Positions 1 to 7,813 are shown, counted from the first letter of the stretch. The stretch: DNA of 20,000 nt from an uncultured virus (IMG/VR IMGVR_UViG_3300009157_000004) (IMGVR_UViG_3300009157_000004), one strand, 5' to 3'. The notes: generated by a model from the sequence alone, not told the origin. Numbers and translations: made by a program.

Positions 1-115
1 GGGCGAGGGCTTCTTTGGTTATATCTCTAATAATTATAAGACAATCTGCATCGGGGCTTATGCCAGATTTTGTCCAATGAAGTATTTGTATAAATTTCTC
101 TTTAATCTTTTCCAT
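1..115 (-). CDS. Hypothetical phage protein, 5' part only (MEKIKEKFIQILHWTKSG...), runs off the window edge
   Basis: ATG at 115 preceded by a GAAGGGG RBS, overlaps the end of the upstream gene, open to the edge. Not in the ORF track. Confidence 0.6.
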   Translation of the reverse strand, partial: MEKIKEKFIQILHWTKSGISPDADCLIIIRDITKEALA

Positions 116-299
116 GTGCCCCTTCTTCCCAGCAATGATCATCATATTCATCCTCTTCCGGAAGATCCGGACCGTGATAATCGTGCTCCTCGTCTTCCTG
201 CCTATCTACTATACACCCCCGTCCGGAGCAGCAGTTACAGATATAATCGTCTATCCGTCCGTCCCCGTCGCACTCTGGGCATCGTTTTAAAATAGTCAT
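102..299 (-). CDS. Small DnaJ-type zinc-finger protein (two CxxCxGxG repeats, acidic tail)
   Basis: CPECDGDG and CNCCSGRG motifs; start abuts the polymerase stop; GGGGAGG RBS. Confidence 0.75.
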   Translation of the reverse strand: MTILKRCPECDGDGRIDDYICNCCSGRGCIVDRQEDEEHDYHGPDLPEEDEYDDHCWEEGAHGKD

Positions 300-2873
300 C
301 TAATCGTCCTCCCCTTTCATTAATCCCCACACCGTCCCTTCCTTAAAATCCACCGGCGTTGGGATTCCAATATTGGTGGTTGTTTCCATAACGCTTTTTG
401 TCACCAGATTGCAAAAAACAACGTGTTGTTCTGGTATCTCATTAAGAAGTGCGTCGTGAATCTGGATCAAAGAGCGTATGTCAATCCCTTCGCTGCGTAA
501 CTGTCTATAAATTGGTGTCAGTTTGCCCATTGCTAACTTAATAATCCCTTGCGCGGAGGCCTGGATAGGCTGGTTCTGTGCCTGCCTGAGTGCGTCCATT
601 ACTACCCACTTATTCGGGCTGTATACGCCCGGTGTCAGTTTAATCCTCCCAAACATATCTCTGACATAACCGTGTCTCCTGGCATAAGCATGGATCTCCG
701 CAATATAATCCCGCACTCTGCTGAACCGGTCGAACCAGGCCTTGATCAGATCCTCGCACGCGGTTAGGGTCCATGTACTCGGATCGGCACCATCTTTGAT
801 CAGGGTCTCCATCAGTCCCTGTGCTTCCGTACCGTAGGGAATTCCGAAGTTAACCCTCTTACAAGGCAACCGGTGCTTATACTTATCAATCTGAGATTCA
901 GGTAATCCGAACACTTCACAGGCTGTCATTGTGTGAATATCCTTGCCATCCGTGAACGTCTTAATCATCGAAGGTTCATTCGCCATTTTTGCTAGAAGTC
1001 TAAGTTCTATCTGCGAATAGTCTCCCTCAACTAGCACATACCCCTCTTCCGCAACAAATCCCTCCCGCATCTTCCGGCCCTCTTCATCCTGGTTAGGCAC
1101 TGCCATCAGGTTAGGCTCTGCGGTCGATAGCCGGCCCGTGTCTGCGCGCGTGACCTTAATCTTAGGGTGGATACGCCCATCTGCCGCGATTCGATTGGGC
1201 ATAGGCCCTGAGTACGTGTTAATCAGTTTATCATACCCTCGCCAATCCCTAATCACCTCAATAACCGGATGCGTCCCCTGCAACATCGCGAGTACCTTAT
1301 CATCTGCCTGCTCCAGCCCTGTCTTCGTAAACTTTACTGCTTTCAGGCCCAGGTCCTCGAATAACAACTTGCGCACCTGTTGATGACTCCCTAATTGCAC
1401 ATCCCGGTCTGTCAACTCGTACACTTTCTTCTGTAACAATTCTTTCTTAGTATTGTAATATTCTGTTAGAGATCGGAACTTGTCCGGGTCTGCCTTGATC
1501 CCATGCTCCATCATGCCCATAACCATAGGGAGTATACTAACATCCATCCAGAATACGTCTTCAAGCTCTAATTCGTGTATTCTGGGCCACAGGTACTCGT
1601 AGACTGCCAATGTCATCTCAGCGTCTTGGCAGGCGTACTTAAGCGCGTCCTCGAAGGGGATATCACACAGTTCGCCATCAGGCATCAGCCCGAACTTAGC
1701 CTCCGCGATCCCTCTGCCCTCGTTTGGGTCTATGTTCAGCCAGCGTTCGCGTAATTCGATATCCGGACTCTTTGAATAATCGCTTAAGATCCTGGTCGCT
1801 TTTTTATTAATCGGCCAGGGGTTCTTGACCTTCCAGACACCTTTGGCTTGATAGGGTATCGCTTCGGGCTTAGGCCAGGATTCAGAGGCGATAAGACATA
1901 AGTAATCCAGTGCTTTCTGCTGCCGGGCTGGGCGGATTGTCTCCTCGTAACTGAACATCCGACGGCCAGTAACCCGGTACGCCAAGGCCTTGAGGCCCTG
2001 CGGCTCGTCCTGGAGCAGATAGGCGAGAATCATAGTATCCACTATCTTATCCGGGATCAGCCCCATATCCTTCAGCACAGGTAGATCGTAGAGTGCATTA
2101 TGCAACAGGACCGTAATGTTGTTCGTACGGATATAGTTGTCCAACTGGGCAATAAGCGGGTTATCTGCCAATAAGAAATATGCCTTGCCGTGTTCCCAGC
2201 ACGCGGTCAGGTTCCAGCCCTTCCCCCTGGCCCATTCAGTATCTATTGCAATCACTTTCGGCGGCTGTTCAGGAAACGTGAACGTGTGTGCTTCGTATAC
2301 AGGCGTCGAAGTATCCCAGTAAATCGCTGGTTTAGGCTTAACCTGGCCATACATAATCTTGACTACCTGCTTATAATCGTTCTGGCATAGGGCCATTATC
2401 TCAGGGCGGTGTAATCCTGCCGCTGGGTGATAACAGGGGATAATCGTCCGGCCATTGATCTTGTAGCCGATACCGTGGCAGAGTTCCATGTCCAGGTCCG
2501 GGATAAACTTATGTGTGGCCAAGGCACCCAGGCAGACGATGATCGAGGGATCTACTAGTCGGATCTCCTCGTTCAGCCAGTATGAGCATGCTTTCACGCA
2601 TTCCTCATCCGGGTCCTCATCATCGGGCACCCTGCACTTAACTATATTCGTGGTATAGGTATCTTTGCGGTTCAGCCCGTTGCGCCGTAGATATGCTGTG
2701 TGCTCTTCCCCAGCTTTAGCTTTCTCGACAAAGGGCCTGCCTGTGCTGTCTTCCCACTTCCCAGGGCCTTCGCCAATAAACATAATCCCGGCGTCTTCGG
2801 GGCCTTCACCCCATACTATCTTACGCCGGGATTTGGATAATTTACAAAGATTGCATGTGTTTGCGAGTTTCAT
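300..2873 (-). CDS. polA: Phage family-A DNA polymerase with N-terminal uracil-DNA glycosylase (family 4-like) domain and 3'-5' exonuclease
   Basis: UDG: CNLC, GEGPG, NIVKCR, YHPAA. Exonuclease: ExoI DTE, ExoII HNALYD, ExoIII YACQD. Polymerase: TGRLS, motif A DYSQIELR, motif B KRVNFGIPYG, motif C QIHDA. Confidence 0.95.
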   Translation of the reverse strand: MKLANTCNLCKLSKSRRKIVWGEGPEDAGIMFIGEGPGKWEDSTGRPFVEKAKAGEEHTAYLRRNGLNRKDTYTTNIVKCRVPDDEDPDEECVKACSYWLNEEIRLVDPSIIVCLGALATHKFIPDLDMELCHGIGYKINGRTIIPCYHPAAGLHRPEIMALCQNDYKQVVKIMYGQVKPKPAIYWDTSTPVYEAHTFTFPEQPPKVIAIDTEWARGKGWNLTACWEHGKAYFLLADNPLIAQLDNYIRTNNITVLLHNALYDLPVLKDMGLIPDKIVDTMILAYLLQDEPQGLKALAYRVTGRRMFSYEETIRPARQQKALDYLCLIASESWPKPEAIPYQAKGVWKVKNPWPINKKATRILSDYSKSPDIELRERWLNIDPNEGRGIAEAKFGLMPDGELCDIPFEDALKYACQDAEMTLAVYEYLWPRIHELELEDVFWMDVSILPMVMGMMEHGIKADPDKFRSLTEYYNTKKELLQKKVYELTDRDVQLGSHQQVRKLLFEDLGLKAVKFTKTGLEQADDKVLAMLQGTHPVIEVIRDWRGYDKLINTYSGPMPNRIAADGRIHPKIKVTRADTGRLSTAEPNLMAVPNQDEEGRKMREGFVAEEGYVLVEGDYSQIELRLLAKMANEPSMIKTFTDGKDIHTMTACEVFGLPESQIDKYKHRLPCKRVNFGIPYGTEAQGLMETLIKDGADPSTWTLTACEDLIKAWFDRFSRVRDYIAEIHAYARRHGYVRDMFGRIKLTPGVYSPNKWVVMDALRQAQNQPIQASAQGIIKLAMGKLTPIYRQLRSEGIDIRSLIQIHDALLNEIPEQHVVFCNLVTKSVMETTTNIGIPTPVDFKEGTVWGLMKGEDD

Positions 2874-3265
2874 GCACTTGCCTTTGGTTTACTCGGCCGA
2901 GGACTCCAAGGCAATTCGGCAATCGCAAGCGCATACTTCTGGGCAAGTTTGGGGCTTTTCACGTCCCACCACTTGTCGAATAAAGTCGTGCCACAGGTAC
3001 AGGGTTCATCAAATTCTTTAGATTTCCCTCCCCAGTCAATAGGGCAACACTTACAGATGTCACGATGTCTAAATTCAGACCCATAACGGGTTGCGGCTTC
3101 AACACACGCATAACAGTAGGGATAGTCTATGATTGCGAATCCCAATGTCATGCGAGCCCTCTCCTTCGCGCTGTGATTTCGGTCCACCCATCTTATGAGT
3201 TTATATCTGGCGATCTTTTTCCAGACCGCAATATGTCGTCTATGGTTTTCTCGATTACTGTTCAT
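2870..3265 (-). CDS. Cys-rich hypothetical phage protein (131 aa)
   Basis: Start moved from 3346 to the ATG at 3265 (AGGAGG RBS); CYAC and CKCCPIDW motifs; ATGA overlap with the polymerase start. Confidence 0.75.
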   Translation of the reverse strand: MNSNRENHRRHIAVWKKIARYKLIRWVDRNHSAKERARMTLGFAIIDYPYCYACVEAATRYGSEFRHRDICKCCPIDWGGKSKEFDEPCTCGTTLFDKWWDVKSPKLAQKYALAIAELPWSPRPSKPKASA

Positions 3266-3275
3266 TATGATCCTC

Positions 3276-3461
3276 CTATGATTCCGTATTACCTTTCTCG
3301 AACCCTGTCTGATAAGAATCCTGAAGACATTTCTCGCAGGGTTCAACGATTAACCTTCTTGATTTGCCGCATCTCTCTTCTGTCCTGCTCTGGTTGCATA
3401 ATCCTGCACCACAAGAACAGTATACCTCGAACTCAATCTCTTCTCCGCTAAATGATGGCAT
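3276..3461 (-). CDS. Small putative zinc-binding hypothetical protein
   Basis: GGAGG RBS; CSCG...C and CEKC motifs; fits operon packing. Confidence 0.7.
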   Translation of the reverse strand: MPSFSGEEIEFEVYCSCGAGLCNQSRTEERCGKSRRLIVEPCEKCLQDSYQTGFEKGNTES

Positions 3462-3463
3462 AT

Positions 3464-3553
3464 TTATCCTCCCAATGCTAATTTTAAGATGTATATCATT
3501 ACCGCAGCGTACATGAACGCTACCCAGTATCTATATAGCCATTTCGGGTCCAT
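3464..3553 (-). CDS. Putative 29-aa single-pass membrane peptide (MDPKWLYRYWVAFMYAAVMIYILKLALGG)
   Basis: Fills the gap between neighbouring genes; AGGGGG RBS; ~20-aa hydrophobic core. Below the ORF-track cutoff. Confidence 0.5.
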   Translation of the reverse strand: MDPKWLYRYWVAFMYAAVMIYILKLALGG

Positions 3554-4148
3554 GTACGCCCCCTGCCTGATTGAGTATTTCGCTATACTCCTCTACGGCC
3601 TCTGCCCTTTTCTTCTCTCTGTGCCGCTTCTCAATCTCTCTTCTGATCTGCCTCTGGTGTTCCGGATCTGAGCGCATCCCGTCCCAGTCAAACTCGGAGA
3701 TATACTTAAGCAGGACCTCAAACTCGCACCAAAGGATCTGAATCAAGTTACCATACAAAGGGAGCTTTGACTCGGTTTGTCTGTTAACGCACCCGGAGCA
3801 GGTCATAAGCGCAGCGAGCTTTGAGTCGCTCAGATCTCCCAGGTCAGTCGTGTTCTTATATCTGAGATAGTGATTCCAGGCTTCTAGGGCATACTCCTGG
3901 CGTCTTTGGCAAGCGCGGCAGGATATCCGGGCATTAAGTGAAGTACAGACAACCAGCTCCGGGTAATCAACCGAGAAGTCTGCGTCCTGTGGGAGGACGT
4001 GGTCTTCTATTGAATTGAAAGGCGTTTCGGTATGCGGGTTATCAAAGCTCTGTCGGAGCCATTCCATCTTATCCGAATGATATAGGGCAGGCTTGAATTC
4101 CTCTGACGGTGTGGTATAGGCGTTTATTACTCCGAAATGTCCGGGCAT
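3531..4148 (-). CDS. Hypothetical protein (205 aa; CxxC pair, charged helical C-terminus)
   Basis: GGAGGTG RBS; CRAC and CSGC motifs; long ORF on the operon strand. Confidence 0.75.
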   Translation of the reverse strand: MPGHFGVINAYTTPSEEFKPALYHSDKMEWLRQSFDNPHTETPFNSIEDHVLPQDADFSVDYPELVVCTSLNARISCRACQRRQEYALEAWNHYLRYKNTTDLGDLSDSKLAALMTCSGCVNRQTESKLPLYGNLIQILWCEFEVLLKYISEFDWDGMRSDPEHQRQIRREIEKRHREKKRAEAVEEYSEILNQAGGVHGPEMAI

Positions 4149-4420
4149 GTGCTCACCTCCGTAGCCGTATTCTTCTGGGGCAGGTTAGGCTTCTTCTGGT
4201 CCATACCCAATTGTCTTCTGAGGCGTCGGTCCAGGCTGGTGAACTTCTTCATTATCCGGGCCTGTGCAAGTGACGCGTCCGGGTTCGCCTCATACTCGCG
4301 CTCTAACCTGGCCATCTTCTTGATCGCCCGGCGCTGGTGGCGGTTCAATCCGTCTTCCGGGGCCTGGTCGGGCATTTCGTCCACTTGTACCCCAGGGTGA
4401 TTTGTTCCGTTGTCGTCCAT
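4127..4420 (-). CDS. Hypothetical protein (97 aa)
   Basis: AGGAGGAG RBS; TAATG coupling to the upstream gene; NRHQRR segment. Confidence 0.7.
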   Translation of the reverse strand: MDDNGTNHPGVQVDEMPDQAPEDGLNRHQRRAIKKMARLEREYEANPDASLAQARIMKKFTSLDRRLRRQLGMDQKKPNLPQKNTATEVSTCPDISE

Positions 4421-4596
4421 TATCTTATCTCCTCCTTTTGCTCTTCGGGGAATCGGCGTATATCCTTCTCATGGACAAGTAGCCAGGCCCCCTTAGTTGT
4501 TAAGATCTCGCGCGTATAAGGCTTGTCGCCCTTACGCACCTCTAAAAAGTATCGCTGTTTCCCTTTGTCCCAGTATAATCCCGGTTTAGTTTTCAT
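4420..4596 (-). CDS. Small basic hypothetical protein (MKTKPGLYWDKGKQRYFLEVR...), possibly nucleic-acid binding
   Basis: Start moved to the ATG at 4596 (ATGA overlap with the upstream stop, GAGGG RBS). Confidence 0.65.
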   Translation of the reverse strand: MKTKPGLYWDKGKQRYFLEVRKGDKPYTREILTTKGAWLLVHEKDIRRFPEEQKEEIR

Positions 4597-4880
4597 TGCA
4601 CCCTCACCGGGAATTCCATAACCATTACGCCCTGAGATTCCAGCCATGCTGGGCAGTTGTCGCGCTTCTCACACGTCGCACACCCGAATACCTCCATCTG
4701 TTCGACCATAGACAATGACTGGAACGTGGCGACAATAAACAGGTTAATGTCAAGCAGCTCCTTGAACATGCCGTATACCTCTTCGGGCTTGTTCATGTCG
4801 AGCTGGCCGGATTCCTTCTTGACTGCTATCCCGGCCTCAATAAGCAGGTCCTTGAATTCCTCTGCGCGTGATTTAGCCAT
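4593..4880 (-). CDS. Hypothetical protein with CxxC-x5-C motif
   Basis: AGGAGG RBS; overlaps both neighbours; CATCEKRDNCP. Confidence 0.75.
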   Translation of the reverse strand: MAKSRAEEFKDLLIEAGIAVKKESGQLDMNKPEEVYGMFKELLDINLFIVATFQSLSMVEQMEVFGCATCEKRDNCPAWLESQGVMVMEFPVRVQ

Positions 4881-5064
4881 TCGTTTCGCCCTCCTGTCTG
4901 TATTCGGTTACCGCTTTGTTAAACTTGTCCGCGTCAATATGCAGCGTGACCTCATTATCGTGGCCGCCGATAAGAATTGATAATGGTTCATCGTGGCCAA
5001 ATTGCCGGATTGAGAAGATGTCGCTCTTCTCTATGTCAAATATGCGTCTGGTTGATCGTTTCAT
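4873..5064 (-). CDS. Hypothetical protein (63 aa)
   Basis: GGAGGGGAG RBS; TAATG translational coupling. Confidence 0.7.
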   Translation of the reverse strand: MKRSTRRIFDIEKSDIFSIRQFGHDEPLSILIGGHDNEVTLHIDADKFNKAVTEYRQEGETNG

Positions 5065-5246
5065 TACTCCCCTCCCTCCCTGTCATGCACGGTTTTTACC
5101 AATACCCGGCCCATGTACTCTGCCTGGACATTGACTATCTCGTCAATATCCGTATCGGTCCAGGTGGCGTGTACGTCAACAATCGCCTTGTCAGCCGGGT
5201 TGTGAACGTTCTCAAAATGAAGCTCTTTAAGCGTTGATTTTACCAT
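5064..5246 (-). CDS. Hypothetical protein (60 aa)
   Basis: AGGAG RBS; coupled to the next gene. Confidence 0.7.
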   Translation of the reverse strand: MVKSTLKELHFENVHNPADKAIVDVHATWTDTDIDEIVNVQAEYMGRVLVKTVHDREGGE

Positions 5247-5277
5247 ATTAAATATACTCCTGTCAAATAGTTAATGT

Positions 5278-5439
5278 TTAAATCCGTACCCCCGATTGCC
5301 GCGCCAGGCTATACAGCGACTCGTCGTTCATTACCCACAATTCGCGCTCCTGGTTGTTGATCTTGCAATTAGGGCATACGGCGATAATTACCGCGTCAAT
5401 CTCTTCTCTGTATTCCTTGACGAATTGTTTGAGCGTCAT
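5278..5439 (-). CDS. Hypothetical phage protein (MTLKQFVKEYREEID...WVMNDESLY)
   Basis: GGAGGT RBS before the ATG at 5439; an alternative in-frame start at 5472 also has an RBS. Confidence 0.7.
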   Translation of the reverse strand: MTLKQFVKEYREEIDAVIIAVCPNCKINNQERELWVMNDESLYSLARQSGVRI

Positions 5440-5504
5440 GCCTACCTCCGTTATACCCAGGGAGACGTTCATAGTCTCCCCGGCCTATGTTAGACTGTTA
5501 AAAT

Positions 5505-5672
5505 CTACCTATGGCAATATCCGGCTTCAATAAGAGCCGATGCTGTCCGGCCATAGCACCCTTGCAAACTCCAGGCCATACCATTATCAATTAATTCCTG
5601 AAACAGTTCGATGGTTCCGTCGTCGTCGAGTTCGCCCTCTTCCCAGGCTATCATTTTGTCAAGCTGGTCCAT
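5505..5672 (-). CDS. Small phage protein of unknown function (55 aa; FQELIDNGMAWSLQGCYGRTA motif)
   Basis: AAGGAGG RBS; not in the ORF track. The QxLIDxGxAWxLQGxYGRxA pattern is one I recognise from recurring phage hypothetical proteins. Confidence 0.8.
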   Translation of the reverse strand: MDQLDKMIAWEEGELDDDGTIELFQELIDNGMAWSLQGCYGRTASALIEAGYCHR

Positions 5673-5701
5673 TATTTAGTCCTCCTTTTTAGATGTTAAT
5701 T

Positions 5702-5758
5702 TAAAACCTTCGAGCCTGCCTACAACTTACCAGGTCATAAGCAGGATTGAGGGTTTTA
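5702..5758 (-). other. Intergenic ~57-nt RNA hairpin, candidate RNase III processing or mRNA stability element
   Basis: TAAAACC...GGTTTTA outer stem and CCUGCUUAU/GUAGGCAGG inner stem; mismatches become G:U pairs on the minus (mRNA) strand. Confidence 0.55.
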
Positions 5759-5777
5759 GCCCCCTAAGCGCATGAGA

Positions 5778-5948
5778 TCACCTGCCTTTCTTATCAGACG
5801 TTTGTACCCTCCCATATAATATAATCTTTAATAAGTACTCTGCTTTTCTGCATATTCTGAATGCGCTCCGCCGTGATATACCCATCCGAATAAGCATACA
5901 TGCTAAATTAAGCGGATTGAAATAATGTTGTAACATGGAGCGCGTCAT
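5778..5948 (-). CDS. Small basic hypothetical protein (MTRSMLQHYFNPLNLACMLIRMG...)
   Basis: Fills a gap in the operon; AAGGTG RBS; alternative ATG at 5936. Not in the ORF track. Confidence 0.6.
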   Translation of the reverse strand: MTRSMLQHYFNPLNLACMLIRMGISRRSAFRICRKAEYLLKIILYGRVQTSDKKGR

Positions 5949-5951
5949 AGC

Positions 5952-6164
5952 CTACACCTTCGCGGCCGCTGCCCAGTCCATAATAAATCGATAAAGCCCC
6001 AGGCCTGTCTTGTTACCGCTTGGCAGGTCCCAGCGGTCCCGATATCCCGGAGCACGCGTGAGTCCCAGGTTCTCTGCCAATATGTTGCCCCTAATCTCCT
6101 GAATCTGTTCCGGCGTCTTCCCGGCTTCCTCATTCAATCTCTTTAATGTCTCTAAATCGTGCAT
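5952..6164 (-). CDS. Hypothetical protein (70 aa)
   Basis: GGAGG RBS; tight operon packing. Confidence 0.7.
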   Translation of the reverse strand: MHDLETLKRLNEEAGKTPEQIQEIRGNILAENLGLTRAPGYRDRWDLPSGNKTGLGLYRFIMDWAAAAKV

Positions 6165-6167
6165 AGT

Positions 6168-6389
6168 CTATTCCTCCGTGGTGAATTCTGCTATAAGTTG
6201 ACTTGATACGCACCAATTACTGCCCCCGGTTCTGTATACCCTGCATACGTCTTTCCCATCTATATGCTCCATTACTACCCTCGCGCCGATATTCCAGCCG
6301 CGGATATGCCCGGATATGCCTGAACTTTTGGTTCCCATACGCGTCGCCTCTCCTCTGTTGCCCTGTATTGCTGCATAGAATTGTGCCAT
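6168..6389 (-). CDS. Phage hypothetical protein (MAQFYAAIQGNRGEATRMG...)
   Basis: GGGAGG RBS; Gly-rich, beta-strand-like pattern; tight operon packing. Confidence 0.8.
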   Translation of the reverse strand: MAQFYAAIQGNRGEATRMGTKSSGISGHIRGWNIGARVVMEHIDGKDVCRVYRTGGSNWCVSSQLIAEFTTEE

Positions 6390-6393
6390 TGTT

Positions 6394-7098
6394 TTAATCC
6401 TCCCTTGTTTTAGTGTATACTATAAAATGAATATCAAATTGCCCCTTGCCTGTCAAGACAAATATGAAGTCAAGCTCCGGGTTCCTGTCCTGTATAGCCT
6501 CTGCAATCTTCTCAGGCTTATTATCTTGGCCTGGATAGAAGCCGCTTTCATAGCGTTCGGTGCCCCTGGTCCAGCCGTTAATTTCCAGTATAGCCTGAAA
6601 ATCATCGGGCAGCGCTTTACGGTTGTCGTTTTTGAATTCGTCAATAATCTCCGGGAGACTGTTAGTATAACAATCCCGGCATATTATCGCGCAGCCATCA
6701 TTAATACGTACATAAGAAGGCAGCCATGAGTATGAATCCGGGCTTGTTCGGACCGCGCAGCCGCAGTCGTCGCAGGCTGTCCATTCGTCGCTCCATAATA
6801 CTTCAATATCCAGCTTGTTTTCAACAAAAGACTGCAATTTATCGGAGACTTTATTCCAATTAGCAGCTATGCCCGGCCTATCAGTACATCCCGGTTCGCT
6901 TATGCCCGGATAATCCATCGGATATGCGCCGTGCTCTTCCAGGTGCTTTATAATGTTCTCTAATACGATATCAGGATTGAATTCAGTCACGCGTGCTTCA
7001 ATCGCATAGCAGTCGCGGCATAGGTCCTGGCCGTGATATGGCTTTAAGAATTCAGGCCCGATTGCTGTTTGTCCACACTTACACGTATTTGTCTGCAT
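6394..7098 (-). CDS. Phage hypothetical protein with several zinc-binding Cys pairs (234 aa)
   Basis: GGAGG RBS before the ATG at 7098; CKCG, CRDC (twice), CDDCG; WSDEW, PDSYSW, YESG, GQFD segments. Confidence 0.8.
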   Translation of the reverse strand: MQTNTCKCGQTAIGPEFLKPYHGQDLCRDCYAIEARVTEFNPDIVLENIIKHLEEHGAYPMDYPGISEPGCTDRPGIAANWNKVSDKLQSFVENKLDIEVLWSDEWTACDDCGCAVRTSPDSYSWLPSYVRINDGCAIICRDCYTNSLPEIIDEFKNDNRKALPDDFQAILEINGWTRGTERYESGFYPGQDNKPEKIAEAIQDRNPELDFIFVLTGKGQFDIHFIVYTKTRED

Positions 7099-7121
7099 AA
7101 TGTCCTCCATTTAGTTTGTTA

Positions 7122-7186
7122 TTAATCGTGCTCTTTACTCCCCCTTCCAGGTCCTCGACTGGCTGAGGGATAAAAAGCAGGGTTAA
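7122..7186 (-). other. Intergenic ~65-nt RNA hairpin, candidate RNase III processing element
   Basis: UUAA..UGCUUUUUA.UCCC / GGGA.UAAAGAGCA..UUAA stem plus CCAGUC/GAC-CUGG apex; G:U pairing favours the minus strand. Confidence 0.55.
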
Positions 7187-7326
7187 TCGTCAGTAAGCTC
7201 CCATTCAGGTTTAATATCCCATTCTGAGAACGGGCATTTATCAGGCGTGCCTTTTGCAATAGTCGCATCTACCTGACATTGATTCTCGCATTGTCTGCAT
7301 ACCCAGCGCTGGTAATCTTTCTGCAT
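7183..7326 (-). CDS. Small putative zinc-binding protein (47 aa; MQKDYQRWVCRQCENQC...KCPF)
   Basis: AAGGGAG RBS; CxxCxxxC...CP. Not in the ORF track. Confidence 0.7.
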   Translation of the reverse strand: MQKDYQRWVCRQCENQCQVDATIAKGTPDKCPFSEWDIKPEWELTDD

Positions 7327-7338
7327 AGTCTCTCCCTT

Positions 7339-7358
7339 GCCCGGATATCGCTCCGGGC
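7339..7358 (-). other. GC-rich 7-bp stem hairpin immediately 5' of an RBS
   Basis: GCCCGGA-N6-TCCGGGC; no U-tract, so not a classic intrinsic terminator. Confidence 0.45.
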
Positions 7359-7371
7359 GGCGCTTAATAGG

Positions 7372-7755
7372 TTAATCAATAAAAATCACTTCGCCCACTA
7401 ATAAGTCATATATCGCTTTCTGCCCGTTCGCGCGCCCTGCCTTAAAAGCCGCGTTCAGGTCCCCAAATAGACTGGCCACTTCGATGTAGCTGGTATCGGT
7501 GTCCGTGTCATACCAGGTGCCTAGCGCCGGGATAGAGAAGTAGTATTTGGGTACAGGCGTTTTGTCCGTTAACCAGTTATGCTGGACCTCTATCAAGTCG
7601 TCGTCGCTGATTATCGCGCCTTTCACTTCTTTTGTCAAGCGCGAATTAATAACGACGCTGAAAAATGCCACGCCTGCCAAATTGTGGCGACTGTCCATTG
7701 TAAACGTGCTGCCGCCTGTCTCGTTATGTACCTTTACTTGGTCCTGTAATGACAT
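7372..7755 (-). CDS. First gene of the early operon; hypothetical protein with possible remote similarity to phage SAM lyases
   Basis: AAGGGGA RBS before the ATG at 7755; GGST...LGTWYD...YIEV...A..GR.NGQKAIYDL pattern. The gene is well supported, the function is speculative. Confidence 0.75.
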   Translation of the reverse strand: MSLQDQVKVHNETGGSTFTMDSRHNLAGVAFFSVVINSRLTKEVKGAIISDDDLIEVQHNWLTDKTPVPKYYFSIPALGTWYDTDTDTSYIEVASLFGDLNAAFKAGRANGQKAIYDLLVGEVIFID

Positions 7756-7797
7756 GTTATCCCCTTTCAAATAAGTATTAATCTCTGCCTATTATAT

Positions 7798-7813
7798 AGC
7801 ATACTCCGTGCCA
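7798..7813 (-). promoter_or_regulatory. Sigma-54 (RpoN) -24/-12 promoter of the leftward operon
   Basis: Minus strand reads TGGCACGGAGTATGCT against consensus TGGCACG-N4-TTGCW, with exact GG-N10-GC spacing; intergenic; predicted +1 near 7787, ~32 nt before the ATG at 7755. Confidence 0.75.

Noticed and set aside
1680..1940. Polymerase insertion as an intein or intron
   Set aside because: No HN-C/S/T intein terminus, no homing endonuclease motif, and the reading frame is uninterrupted.
6372..6388. Second sigma-54-like string TGGCACAATTCTATGCA on the minus strand
   Set aside because: Spacing is GG-N11-GC rather than N10, and it is simply the first codons (MAQFYA) of a gene.
77..7774. Plus-strand ORFs in the left arm (e.g. 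2665-3021, 3065-3451, 4657-4980, 6427-6729)
   Set aside because: Antisense shadows of well-supported minus-strand genes, with no recognisable motifs.
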